58,377 nucleotides of DNA. It comes from an uncultured Planctomycetales bacterium. GTDB taxonomy: Bacteria > Omnitrophota > Gorgyraeia > Gygaellales > Profunditerraquicolaceae. Where the stretch lies: assembly GCA_964467905.1 (NCBI GenBank), contig CAYXSY010000010.1:2415-60791 (forward strand), in the 5' to 3' direction. Of this stretch, positions 27,701 through 35,738 are shown piece after piece. The position numbers were made by a program, and so were the translations under genes. Positions within the stretch are counted from its first letter, which is position 1, and every line of letters begins with the position of its first letter. The notes beneath the pieces are model-generated. The model ran no database searches. It was not told the DNA's origin and was given only the letters and a program-made list of their open reading frames with translations.

Positions 27701-28462
27701 TTTAACATCGCTGGCGGTTTGCCTTTGCAAGGCTTTGCCCATACTATAGGACATACTATTGCAGGGGCAGTGTCAGGAGCTATAAGTGGCGTGATAACTG
27801 GTGATGATATAGGAATGAATGCAATTATAGGAGGGATTAGCGCAGGTGCTAGCGAGTGGTTAGGAAGCAATGTCAATTTCTTGAAACCAGTAGCAGAAAA
27901 AAGTATAGGCGCGTTTGTAAATAATTTAGCTAAAAAGACATTTACGGGGGCGGTAATAGGAGGAGCGACTTCATCGGCTTTAGGTGGGGATTTTGGTGAA
28001 GGCGCAATATCTGGGGCCAGGACAGCCGCTATTGCATATACATGTAATGAAGCGTTGCATGAGGGGGGAAGACAGGCAATTGAAGCGCTCTCTGCTGATC
28101 AAGTACCAGTTGTACCAAGCGGTGATTTTGGAAGAAACGTAGGACCAGGGGGATTCTATGATGATACAGGTTTTCATTTAACTATTGGTGAATACGAAAC
28201 AGCTTCAACCTCTGGATTATCTCGATATAAAATAGGTCTTATTTTTGGAGCTTTTGATAATGTTAAATCTTCTATGGGAAGCGTGCGTAGTGTTATGCAT
28301 GAAGGTCAATCATCCGATGGCGGATTCGCAAGCGTTGCTTTAATGACGATGAAAATCGCCCAGAGTACTGCTTCAATGAGCAAAGCTCAGTTAGCATATT
28401 ATGAAATGCAGAAGATTGAGAAGATAAGAAACGAAAAGTCGTTATTCTTATTTAATCCATAA
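21704..28462 (+). CDS. Full-length Rhs/YD protein: signal peptide, SpvB, 6 VCBS/FG-GAP repeats, TcdB-mid-like region, YD shell, inserted domain pair, Rhs core, Gly-rich C-terminal cargo
   Basis: PQIALSYSSGSGNG..GVGW; six D-x-NGD-x-L-x-D repeats; REFRGFG; YD repeats; NNPINYVDPTGH. Confidence 0.92.
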   Translation: MKKAIFKSISIIVIISHLITVCFKDVGFAEETKASVSSNSASATSTASSQSESSEPVNPPSASEPPSKAVDAEPPIPLDQIGGIGNFNSRPVQVDYFTGQASFSIPIIVPQGRAGMQPQIALSYSSGSGNGIAGVGWSLNMDSVQRSTKRGVPKYNDITDIFIFSSSGNAQELVNISGNEYRSKIEGSFLKIEHLDSKWVATDKTGKKYYFGVNENARQITPKGSFSWYLTEVVDINNNSLNIEYLKDNGQIYPSLVTYGINCIEFVYEDRMDIHFSYITGARVANNKRLKEIIIKTNNTLVRKYVLEYKLSASTNRSLLTSVIFYGSEDSSTQPPLIFNYKDELPNFASMSYWPGLTGSYRHIRRSTTGADSYVQLAYDLFDINGDGLLDRVVKKGDDDTTLLIQLNNGSGFGSYNNWAGLTTGNVVRSTYRNGVWDETVRDTVDLNGDGLPDKIYGFNMANWRVQLNNGQGFASQRNWNGIEGGRLNIRVTKTFSPGNWQVDKGLVTDLIDMNGDGLVDRVIYNPGNDYLKVQLNNGNGFEPYVLWGPIQTSDSNFKGWVNYSKYYGNLDVVNLRDMNGDGLPDRVEADGTSVWQVQFNNGIGFEPPVAWVGVNRVGGAANYYRMIRYSVTQGSEYLTNIELIDMNGDNLPDRIIHSLDSTSIMKVQFNNGNGFQPPVDWGPIYGDINRIRYINSNSQTYADIMDINGDGLPDKVYIPGPNVTNWRVQLNTGFPTDALLSVDNGLGGVTEITYNPSTKYDNTGEDNKSDLPFPVPVVSSVTYSDSKGSSYTTNYFYRDGLYSWQQREFRGFGYVKVTDAENTSNESYFHQDDIFKGRLYKQEVKDATGALYSKTENTWYNDQRTDGTNFVFLQQTDSYLYEGKPEPKHTRVRFLYDNYGNPWTVYSDGEVDVLGDEKTQCTNYVYNESQWLLSFPRYTCLFDANNNVVSEKYFYYDNHSNPEDIPVKGLLTKEEATIFNPPAKSGVKSGNTVVAQYAYDVYGNLITSTDSRGNSVNTAYDTVASTFPVRVVNSLGQNIQMTYYGINESGSKAGVSGFGLPGQPKATIDTNSQQTYQIYDALGRVVKVIGPNDTEDSPGVIYEYDLSAQPIKITKKVKDDSGGSIKYLTTYEFYDGLGRLIESKSPAEADPLTGGARQIVSGIVTYDQRGQVKEKYLPYFVPASADYVAPTYETPHVSFTYDALGRVVQVTNPDGSYSSVTYDQFKKTTTDENGHYRTEYYDAYSRIIKVEENNSGQIYTTRYEYDTLGNLTKTIDDKGNVTQIWYDSLGRKIKMDDPDMGVWLYEYDSAGNLTKQTDNKGGVLTFEYDSLNRLIRKLIGAQVLATYYYDDLTKPNCVGRLSKITDQSGSTEFFYDNLGREIKSTKTIGGSQFTVQREYDSLDRLTKLTYPDGSVIQYEYNPQGIEKVYGSSKDVSYVTNINYSPTGQILRIQYGNNTETNYAYNPQTLRLDNIITQSPKGKVQDLSYTFDSVGNVTNIQDYVNSATQSFVYDDLNRLTQASGAYGTYAYQYDSIGNMIYKEGVSMVYGSTALTTSGKPRLPHAVTRFGDTEIDYDLNGNMIKKGSLEYSYDAENRLIKAEDKSSSGEVTLDITLRPGWNFFSLPLEPLDAKATSVLSSIAGKYDQLSRYNPTAKTFEHFINDSRFNQFDSFEYGRGYQIYITSSIDVILTVVGSVPVKAAGASKGTDPKAATEILLKTGLNLIANPKLTEVSVEQGLSPLKLGVDYSRVLYYNKDTSSFQEYSATKKEFSVFKPGVSYFLDCLKDASWVIDNSRPVTTFLYDGDGGRVKKIVGSSSTTYIGSLFEKDQDGKATRHIFAGANRICSIEGSDARYFHSDHLGSSNVTTDASGNQVGLTEFSPYGGVSRQTGTYEPKYKFTGKELDASTGLYFYGARYYDPELGRFISADTFVQNPYDPQSFNRYSYCRNNPINYVDPTGHFFWIIAGAIIGAIIGGAVAAATGGNIGQGFLIGAISGALFNIAGGLPLQGFAHTIGHTIAGAVSGAISGVITGDDIGMNAIIGGISAGASEWLGSNVNFLKPVAEKSIGAFVNNLAKKTFTGAVIGGATSSALGGDFGEGAISGARTAAIAYTCNEALHEGGRQAIEALSADQVPVVPSGDFGRNVGPGGFYDDTGFHLTIGEYETASTSGLSRYKIGLIFGAFDNVKSSMGSVRSVMHEGQSSDGGFASVALMTMKIAQSTASMSKAQLAYYEMQKIEKIRNEKSLFLFNP

Positions 28463-28490
28463 TTTAATTTATACCGAGAAAGGTGTTGAT

Positions 28491-29333
28491 ATGATAAAAA
28501 GGATATTTTTTCTAGTCTTATTTACATGTTTATTGCTAAAGACACCTCTGCTTTTAGCCGATGAGATAAACACATTAACCAATAGAGATAAAGAATATTT
28601 AGTAAATCTTGCCCGCCAGACGCTCTGTTGGTATTTAAAAGACGGTACGGTGCCTACTGTAGATAAGTCCGATCTAACAGACAACCTAAAACTAAAGAAA
28701 GGGTGCTTTGTTACTCTTGTTGATAGGAATAAAGCTCTGCGGGGGTGTATGGGTCTATTTTCGTCGCAAGAGCCACTGTATAAAAATGTAATAGATAGAA
28801 CTATAGCCGCTGTGACCCAAGATCCAAGATTCATAAACAACCGTATCAAATATTCTGATCTTAAAAACATTAAACTGGAGATTAGTGTTTTAACAGAGCC
28901 TGTAGACTTAAAATTCAATTCCCCTCAAGATTTGTTAGATAAATTGAAGCCTTTTACAGATGGCGTAATAATAACAACAAAATACGGCTCATCGACTTAT
29001 CTGCCTCAAGTTTGGGAGCAATTGCCGGACAAAAAAGAATTTCTTTCTAATCTCTGTCAAAAGCAAGACGTGCCAGCCGATTATTGGGAAACTAATTATA
29101 AGGATATATCTGTCCAAATCTATCAGGCAATCGCGTTTGGCGAAGAAACATATGGGCGAATTGTTATTGGTAAGAATGGCGCTACCGTAGGTGGGAAAGG
29201 TGCTTATTTATTGGGAGCTGTTAAACCTTTGAATGAAGGTTTATATTACGGCGACAGTAGTAAAGTAGGCAAAGGTACTAAATTAAGACCAGGCGCTATT
29301 GTGACATCTGATTCAGATATAATCGAGAACTAA
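28491..29333 (+). CDS. AMMECR1-domain (AmmeMemoRadiSam A-like) protein with a signal peptide and C-terminal extension
   Basis: GCFVTL..LRGCMG, DPRF, LEISVL and TYLPQVWEQ motifs. Confidence 0.85.
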   Translation: MIKRIFFLVLFTCLLLKTPLLLADEINTLTNRDKEYLVNLARQTLCWYLKDGTVPTVDKSDLTDNLKLKKGCFVTLVDRNKALRGCMGLFSSQEPLYKNVIDRTIAAVTQDPRFINNRIKYSDLKNIKLEISVLTEPVDLKFNSPQDLLDKLKPFTDGVIITTKYGSSTYLPQVWEQLPDKKEFLSNLCQKQDVPADYWETNYKDISVQIYQAIAFGEETYGRIVIGKNGATVGGKGAYLLGAVKPLNEGLYYGDSSKVGKGTKLRPGAIVTSDSDIIEN

Positions 29334-29347
29334 TATTTTTATAAACA

Positions 29348-29369
29348 AATTCCGGGAACATAGTATTTA
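29348..29369 (+). repeat. REP-like repeat, AATTCCGGGGACA..TAATT family
   Basis: AATTCCGGGAACATAGTATTTA. Confidence 0.6.
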
Positions 29370-29417
29370 GCTACCTTTTGCTCTTTTGATATACTAAGAA
29401 AACCGTGTTAGATTTTA

Positions 29418-29439
29418 AAATAGGGACGGTCCCATTTTT
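29418..29439 (+). repeat. REP-like repeat, AAATAG..CGGTCCC family
   Basis: AAATAGGGACGGTCCCATTTTT; compare 20255-70 and 42315-36. Confidence 0.6.
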
Positions 29440-29466
29440 CATATTTAACTAAAGAAAGGACTAACT

Positions 29467-30294
29467 ATGGGTGCAGTGGTTAAGGCATTAAGGCCGGGAA
29501 TAGTTTTATTGCTTTTAGTTTTTGTGGTTGCTTCATATATTTATGCTGATTCTGGCAGTGCTATTCATAAGCCATGGCAAGTGAAGACAATGTTTAGGGT
29601 GGGGTATACGACTTATAAGGAAAAAGTAGCTCCTATTAAGACTGATTACGATTCTGTGTATTTAGAAGGTAAGGTTTCTGCTGTATACGAGGCAAAAAAC
29701 GGGTTGCAGGCTTTATTTGATCTTTCTGGCGGCGGATCTATTGAAAATGGCGAAGATGTTAAAGTCGCTGGAATAGACTATCAAACCGATGATATGTATT
29801 TTTATCGTGCGAGCCCCAGGGTAGGTTTGGGATGGGTTTTTTATCTGGATGAAAGTAAGAATACCAGCATTGCTCCGTTTGGCGCCTATACTTTTAGATT
29901 TACAGATTTCAGGCGTAAGAACTTTGTCGTTTTAGGCACTCCCTTATCCGGATCGGCAAGCGAAAAGGTTTATTTGCATTGCGGCGGCGGAGGCCTTAAG
30001 TTTAACGCGAAGCTAAACGAGAAATTCAGTTTAGATATATCGGGAGCCTGTGCATATATATTTTCCAGTCAGGCCGATAATAGCGTGGCCGGCATAACTA
30101 TTGACGGCGACGGGGGCTTTGTCGCTGAAGGCGATGTGAATCTTGAATATGCGCTTAGCGATTCCTGCAAGCTCATATTTGGCGGATTCGCTGATGTCCA
30201 GAATGTTGACGGTGGCTCATCCGGCGGATGGATTTGGCCGGATAATAAGCTGCATACATTTGGCGGTAATATTGGATTGAAGTACAGTTTTTAA
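29467..30294 (+). CDS. Outer-membrane beta-barrel protein
   Basis: Signal peptide; amphipathic strands; C-terminal GLKYSF. Confidence 0.75.
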   Translation: MGAVVKALRPGIVLLLLVFVVASYIYADSGSAIHKPWQVKTMFRVGYTTYKEKVAPIKTDYDSVYLEGKVSAVYEAKNGLQALFDLSGGGSIENGEDVKVAGIDYQTDDMYFYRASPRVGLGWVFYLDESKNTSIAPFGAYTFRFTDFRRKNFVVLGTPLSGSASEKVYLHCGGGGLKFNAKLNEKFSLDISGACAYIFSSQADNSVAGITIDGDGGFVAEGDVNLEYALSDSCKLIFGGFADVQNVDGGSSGGWIWPDNKLHTFGGNIGLKYSF

Positions 30295-30330
30295 TTAAGC
30301 AGATATTATGTCGGAATTTAATAATTCAAA

Positions 30331-31452
30331 ATGATAATTGAATTAAGGTTATTAAAACTATCCGCAGTGTTTATTTTAGCCGTGACTCTTAGCGGGTGCG
30401 CTACGCCGGTTAAATACGGCATAAATAAAGATTTGTACAGAGACAATAAACCTTCGCAGCATAAAGTGCTTGTCGATGTTTTTAATGATAAAAGGCCATT
30501 AAGCGAGAGAGAACTTTCGGTTAACCAGGATAATAAATTTTTATGGACGATTGATAAAAACTTTACTCCTGATGTTGCGTTACAGGCTTCGCAGATGTTA
30601 GCCGAGCATTTAAGGGCGACAAATTTATTCCAAGATGTTAAGCTTGAGGATATAGCTGATAACTTTATAGTTGACGAGAAAAGCACTACATTAATAACAC
30701 AGGGCGGGATAGATATAGTCGTTGTGGGAGATTTGAGTCATTTTTATGGATTCCAGAGCCAAGGCGCAGAAATGATTGCGGGCGTTCTTTTTGGTGCTGT
30801 GGGGGTTTTGACAGATGCTATGCTTAACCCGCGGCAAGTTGGCGGATGCGTAGAGTATGATAACGTTAAGATTATTTACCTTCCGCAAAAGAGAATTTTA
30901 TGGGAAGGTAAGATAGCTTACGATTTTAATGAGAAAGATACATTTTATGACGGGCCGCCGGTTTATGCATTACGAGCTTTTAAAGAAGCCAACAATCGTT
31001 TTTCCGAGAAGGTGGCCAGCGTTGTTAATGCTGTTTCATTGAGTAGCTTTGCATATACTAAGCCGGAAACAGAGATTTTTGAGCAGATTGAGGAAACGAA
31101 AGAGCCGTTGCAATTAAGCTTGACGGATACAAGCACTGTTGCCTCGGAGAAAAAGATAAGCATCCCTAACTATTCAGAATACTATAGGTTTCTGCATAAA
31201 ACAATTTCTAAGGCTGTAATTAGGCCGGAAAGTTCAGGCATAGGTACGGTAAGTGTAGTGTTTACGTTATTAAATGGCGGGACATTGGAAGATGTCAAAG
31301 TATTAGATGGCTCTGTTGACGACCAACTATTAAGAGAAGCGGTTATCAAGGCCGTAAAAGATTCCGCCCCATTCCCACCGTTTCCTGAAGATATTAAAAA
31401 GCAGCAGTCAGAAAACTTTACAATAAGCCTCGAGTTTGGTTATAAAAAATAA
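30331..31452 (+). CDS. Lipoprotein with a C-terminal TonB/TolA-C-like domain
   Basis: LSGC lipobox; VSVVFTLLNGG..VKVLDGS..AVKDSAPFPPFP. Confidence 0.7.
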   Translation: MIIELRLLKLSAVFILAVTLSGCATPVKYGINKDLYRDNKPSQHKVLVDVFNDKRPLSERELSVNQDNKFLWTIDKNFTPDVALQASQMLAEHLRATNLFQDVKLEDIADNFIVDEKSTTLITQGGIDIVVVGDLSHFYGFQSQGAEMIAGVLFGAVGVLTDAMLNPRQVGGCVEYDNVKIIYLPQKRILWEGKIAYDFNEKDTFYDGPPVYALRAFKEANNRFSEKVASVVNAVSLSSFAYTKPETEIFEQIEETKEPLQLSLTDTSTVASEKKISIPNYSEYYRFLHKTISKAVIRPESSGIGTVSVVFTLLNGGTLEDVKVLDGSVDDQLLREAVIKAVKDSAPFPPFPEDIKKQQSENFTISLEFGYKK

Positions 31453-31464
31453 GCAGAATAAGTT

Positions 31465-31513
31465 GAATTCCGGGGCGTGACATTTAATCCCGATAATTAA
31501 GTAAGCTGCTCTC
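31465..31513 (+). repeat. REP-like repeat, AATTCCGGGG family
   Basis: GAATTCCGGGGCGTGACATTTAAT...AATTAAGTAAGCTG. Confidence 0.6.
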
Positions 31514-31525
31514 TGATGGAAATAT

Positions 31526-31554
31526 TTGACAAATAGCAATTTAGAGGTTATACT
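31526..31554 (+). promoter_or_regulatory. sigma70-type promoter of the second TA pair
   Basis: TTGACA-17 nt-TATACT. Confidence 0.75.
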
Positions 31555-31607
31555 TTTACTGGAAGTAAGTAAGTAAGGAAGGAAGGAAGAACAAAGGAGA
31601 TATTCAA

Positions 31608-31871
31608 ATGACTGTAATCGAAACAGCAAAAGTTACATCAAAGGGCCAGGTAACTATACCTAATCGCATAAGGAAGATTCTGCATGTTTCTACAGGTACA
31701 TCGCTTGCTTTTGGTTTAAGCCGGGAGGGCGTGGTTTTATTGCCTTGTAAGGTTACCGTAGAATCGCCATACACGCCTTCAGAATGGGCCAAGATTGAAA
31801 AACTTGTCTCTCTGAAAGGGAAAACCTACAAGAGCGCCAAAAAAGCCAAAAAGCATATTGAGGCGCTATGA
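31608..31871 (+). CDS. AbrB/MazE/SpoVT-family antitoxin
   Basis: AKVTSKGQVTIPNRIRKIL. Confidence 0.88.
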   Translation: MTVIETAKVTSKGQVTIPNRIRKILHVSTGTSLAFGLSREGVVLLPCKVTVESPYTPSEWAKIEKLVSLKGKTYKSAKKAKKHIEAL

Positions 31872-32146
31872 GATTTGAATTTAAACCTTCCTTTGATAGG
31901 TCGGTTAAAAATCTCCGTGGTAATGAAAAAGAAGAGGTAAAAGCAGCAGCTATACAGGCGATAGATATCTTTTCGCAGGACAGGCTGATTTATAAGGGCA
32001 TTGGTTTAAAACGCATCAAGGGCGACTTCTGGGAAATAAGAAAAGGTATCAAGACCAGGATTCTTTTTCGATGGCAGAGCGATTTGGTTGAATTTGTCCT
32101 TGCAGGCGGCCACAACGACATCAAACGGTATTTAAAAAATATTTAG
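31868..32146 (+). CDS. RelE-like toxin
   Basis: MRFEFKPSFDRS..FWEIR..RILF; ATGA overlap with the antitoxin. Confidence 0.7.
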   Translation: MRFEFKPSFDRSVKNLRGNEKEEVKAAAIQAIDIFSQDRLIYKGIGLKRIKGDFWEIRKGIKTRILFRWQSDLVEFVLAGGHNDIKRYLKNI

Positions 32147-32158
32147 CTTGTAGAATTT

Positions 32159-32207
32159 GAATTCCGGGGAGCACGGCACATAATTTGTAATTAGGCAATA
32201 TGTTTCC
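32159..32207 (+). repeat. REP-like repeat, AATTCCGGGG family
   Basis: GAATTCCGGGGAGCACGGCACATAATT..AATTAGGCAATATGTTTCC. Confidence 0.6.
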
Positions 32208-32217
32208 TGAGCTTTAT

Positions 32218-32324
32218 CTAAAGCTGCCACGGGACATATAAAAAGAGGGTTTATGTTCCAAGAAGAACATAAAAATATAGTAAATTTTCTAAAGAGAACA
32301 GTTTTTTCTGTTCTCTTTTTTTGT
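32218..32324 (+). repeat. 107-bp direct repeat copy 2
   Basis: 4 mismatches versus 20322-20428. Confidence 0.92.
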
Positions 32325-35300
32325 GCGTTGCCGTCAATGGTTCTTGCCGTAGATAATGCACAGTTTGTTTCACAAACCGTTCCTTCCTCGATGATCGCCG
32401 GCCAAACTTATTCTGTAACTATTAAAATGAAAAATACCGGTTCGACATTCGCCTATTGGGATTATTCAACTCACAAACTCGGCTCGCAGAATCCCCAAAA
32501 TAATACTGTTTGGGGCACAAGTAGAGTTTTGCTTACCCCAAACGAATTTGTAGGTTCAAATAAAACTAAGATTTTTGTATTTCAAGTTACTGCTCCGGCG
32601 CAGGCCGGTGTGTATAACTTTCAGTGGCGCATGGTTAAAGAAAGCGGGGGTACAGTTCAGTGGTTTGGGGATTCCACGCCTAATGTATCTGTAACCGTTT
32701 TATCTCAATATGCCGCTGAATTTATTTCGCAAAGTGTCCCGGCTAAGATGGAAGCGAGTTCGTCTTATAATGTTTCTGTAACTTTTAAGAATACCGGTAG
32801 CGCCGCATGGACTAAAACAGGGAATTTCAGGCTTGGCTCGCAAAACCCTTTAAATAATACTTATTGGCATACAAACGGCAGGGTGGAGCTCGCCGATGGA
32901 GAGTCTGTGTCTGTAGGGCAGAATAAGGTTTTTAATTTCTTAGTTTCAGCTCCAACGCAGCCGGGAGTATATAATTTTCAATGGCGCATGCTTAAGGAAG
33001 CTGCCTCGCAGGAGTGGTTTGGAGACACCAGCCCCAATGTGCCTGTAGAAGTTCTGTCCAAGTATTCGGCTGCTTTTGTTTCACAAAATGTCCCATTAAC
33101 AATGGCTGCAGGCGGGATGTATGATGTTTCTGTCACGATGCAGAATAATGGTTATACTACTTGGACTAAGGCGGATAGTTTTATACTTGGCTCCCAGTCA
33201 CCGCAAGATAATACCATCTGGAGTGTTGCCAGGGTTTATTTAAATGATTCAGATTCAATCTCTACCGGTAATAATAAGATTTTCAATCTTCAAGTAAAGG
33301 CCCCCGCCAGCCCGGGAGATTATAGCTTCCAGTGGCGCATGCTTAAAGAAAACGTTGCTTGGTTCGGAGATTATAGCGGGTTGTTAAATATATCTGTATC
33401 AGCAAATAACACTCCTGCAGTCGGCACAGTTTCTCCTTTAAACGGGGCCTCTAACTCCGGGAGTAAGGTTATCTTCACCGCCACCTATTCAGATAATGAT
33501 GGTTGGCAAAATATACGGTATGCAGATTTATTATTTAATACTATTGTAAGCGGCGCTAATTGCGTGCAGGTGCGTTATGACCAGAATGCAAACAAGCTTT
33601 ATTTGCGCAATGATAACAACAGTGCTTGGCTGGGAGGTTTTGCTCCCGGGACAGATAATATTATAGAAAATTCATACGGAAGCCTTAATTGTTCTGGCAC
33701 TACTGTTTCGGGAACAGGGAATACTTTTGTTGTTAAGTGGAGTATTACGTTTAAGCCATCGTTTCAAGGAACAAAATATGTTTTTCCTCACGTGCAAGAC
33801 GACGGCGGAATGGCTACAGGTTGGGCTAATAAAGGAACATGGAGGATAAATTTCCCTCCGGCAGTAGGAACAATTAATCCTTCATCAGGAAACTCGAATC
33901 CAAACCAAGCAGCAAAGTTTACCGCTACTTATATTGATACCGACGGTTGGCAGGATCTAAGTTATGTCCTCATTCTTATGAACACCGGAATTTCCGGCTA
34001 TGATTGTTTATACGCGCGCTATAACGTGAACGATAACAAGCTTTATTTGCGCAATAATGAACATACTGCTTGGATCGGAGGTTTTGCGCCCGGTTCAAAT
34101 AATGTTATAGAGAATTCTTATGTTAAGCTCAATTGTTCTTCCGTTACTGTTTCGGGAAGTGCTGACACATTAACTGTTAATTGGTCTTTAACTTTTAAGC
34201 CGGCTTTTGCGGGGCCTAAGAAAGCATATCTTTATGCTGTAGACCGTAGTAATGCCTATAACGGTTGGGTTCAGAAAGGTTCTTGGACAATAACTAATAC
34301 GGCTCCTTCCGTAGGAACAATTACTCCTTCTCAGGGCTCATCGGTTACCGGCGTATCCCAGAATTTTGCCACCACTTATTCAGACCCGGATACCTGGCTG
34401 AACATTCAGTACGTCCATCTTTTGATTAATGCGGCAGGAGCAGGGTATACAAACTGTTTATATACTTATTATAATCAAAATACCAATAAGCTTTATCTAA
34501 GGAATGACGCTGCTACTGCCTGGGTTGGAGGCTTTGCTCCTGGCTCAAGTAATGTAATTGAGAATTCTTCCGCTAAGCTTGATTGTTCCCAGACAAGCGT
34601 TTCTGGGTCAGGAAATACCTTAACAGTCAATTGGGCAGTAACTTTTAAGCCCGGCTTTAATGGAGAAAAGAGCAGCTATCTTTACGTAAAGGATGATGCT
34701 GGCGTAGCTAACGGATGGGTACAGAAAGGGACATGGAAAGTCATTGAGGAGTCCAAGGAACGCATTTATATTTATCTAAACGGCCAGCGCATGAGCATGG
34801 AAGAGAACGGTAAGAAAACCTTTTACCACAACGACCACCTAGGCGGGACCAATGTGGTTACTGATGAATCCGGGCAGCAGGTAAAATACCTGGAGTATCA
34901 GCCTTTCGGGGACACTAAAATTGAGGAAGGCGACCTCAAGACCAAGAGAAAATTTACCGGCAAGGAGTTGGATGAGTCAACTGGGCTCTACGACTACGCC
35001 GCGCGCCAATATGATGCCAAGTTAGGGAGGTTTATCACGGCGGACACGGTTGAGCCGGATCTAAGCAATCCTCAAAGCTTAAATCGTTACTCGTATTGTC
35101 TGAATAATCCGTTGAAATATGTTGATCCGACCGGGCACTGGGCACAGCTATTGTATTATTATGCTATCATAGTTGTTTCTTCGCCGGATTTTCAGTATGA
35201 TATGCAGCAGCTAACTATGGATGCCCAAGCTGGAGATACGTTCGGCATGGCGATAGACGCGGTAAGTGCAGCAATTCCCGGATTATCTGCTACTGCAGCT

Positions 35301-35738
35301 CAGGCAGGAAGAAGGACGGTCTCCAGAGCGGTTGATGCAATACGCGGAGCGAAGGCGGTAGACAGAGCAGCAGATGTGGGGAGGACGGCAGAGAAAGGCT
35401 CGGGTATTATTAGGGTGAGGCATAATACGATGGTAAAAAACAGGCAGCTAATCGAAAAAGATGAAATTATAAAAGCTAGCGCTAAAGATGGCTATGTCTA
35501 TGTTGAAAAAGCTAAGCCCAAAATTACAGAAGGCATAGTTAAAGGAAGCCCCGTAGAAAAAGCAAAAGAACTTGGGATCAAGCCATGGCAGAAAGGGAAT
35601 GCCGGAGTTGATTTTGATATAAGAGCAAACGATTTAGAAACTGCGGTTAATCCAGTCACAAAAGGTACGGATTTAAGAATTAAGGGAGATGTCGATCTAA
35701 AAAATAGAAACCCAGAATACTTTAGGAGGAAGGAATGA
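32253..35738 (+). CDS. Secreted Ig-repeat carrier (3 NBR1-Ig-like domains and 3 beta modules) fused to an Rhs core only and a Tox-ART-HYD1-like toxin
   Basis: Three A-x-F-x-SQ..NTG..LGSQ-x-P..FQWRM repeats; three KLYLRND modules; HNDHLGG..FTGKELD..NNPLKYVDPTGH; C-terminal VRHNT..VYVE..VDFDI..NPVT..KGDVDL. Confidence 0.88.
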   Translation: MFQEEHKNIVNFLKRTVFSVLFFCALPSMVLAVDNAQFVSQTVPSSMIAGQTYSVTIKMKNTGSTFAYWDYSTHKLGSQNPQNNTVWGTSRVLLTPNEFVGSNKTKIFVFQVTAPAQAGVYNFQWRMVKESGGTVQWFGDSTPNVSVTVLSQYAAEFISQSVPAKMEASSSYNVSVTFKNTGSAAWTKTGNFRLGSQNPLNNTYWHTNGRVELADGESVSVGQNKVFNFLVSAPTQPGVYNFQWRMLKEAASQEWFGDTSPNVPVEVLSKYSAAFVSQNVPLTMAAGGMYDVSVTMQNNGYTTWTKADSFILGSQSPQDNTIWSVARVYLNDSDSISTGNNKIFNLQVKAPASPGDYSFQWRMLKENVAWFGDYSGLLNISVSANNTPAVGTVSPLNGASNSGSKVIFTATYSDNDGWQNIRYADLLFNTIVSGANCVQVRYDQNANKLYLRNDNNSAWLGGFAPGTDNIIENSYGSLNCSGTTVSGTGNTFVVKWSITFKPSFQGTKYVFPHVQDDGGMATGWANKGTWRINFPPAVGTINPSSGNSNPNQAAKFTATYIDTDGWQDLSYVLILMNTGISGYDCLYARYNVNDNKLYLRNNEHTAWIGGFAPGSNNVIENSYVKLNCSSVTVSGSADTLTVNWSLTFKPAFAGPKKAYLYAVDRSNAYNGWVQKGSWTITNTAPSVGTITPSQGSSVTGVSQNFATTYSDPDTWLNIQYVHLLINAAGAGYTNCLYTYYNQNTNKLYLRNDAATAWVGGFAPGSSNVIENSSAKLDCSQTSVSGSGNTLTVNWAVTFKPGFNGEKSSYLYVKDDAGVANGWVQKGTWKVIEESKERIYIYLNGQRMSMEENGKKTFYHNDHLGGTNVVTDESGQQVKYLEYQPFGDTKIEEGDLKTKRKFTGKELDESTGLYDYAARQYDAKLGRFITADTVEPDLSNPQSLNRYSYCLNNPLKYVDPTGHWAQLLYYYAIIVVSSPDFQYDMQQLTMDAQAGDTFGMAIDAVSAAIPGLSATAAQAGRRTVSRAVDAIRGAKAVDRAADVGRTAEKGSGIIRVRHNTMVKNRQLIEKDEIIKASAKDGYVYVEKAKPKITEGIVKGSPVEKAKELGIKPWQKGNAGVDFDIRANDLETAVNPVTKGTDLRIKGDVDLKNRNPEYFRRKE
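35274..35338 (+). repeat. 65-bp direct repeat copy 1 (within the active toxin gene)
   Basis: 64/65 identical to 36107-36171. Confidence 0.95.

Noticed and set aside
20322-32324. 107-bp duplication as an assembly artefact
   Set aside because: The copies differ at 4 positions and lead into different, intact genes
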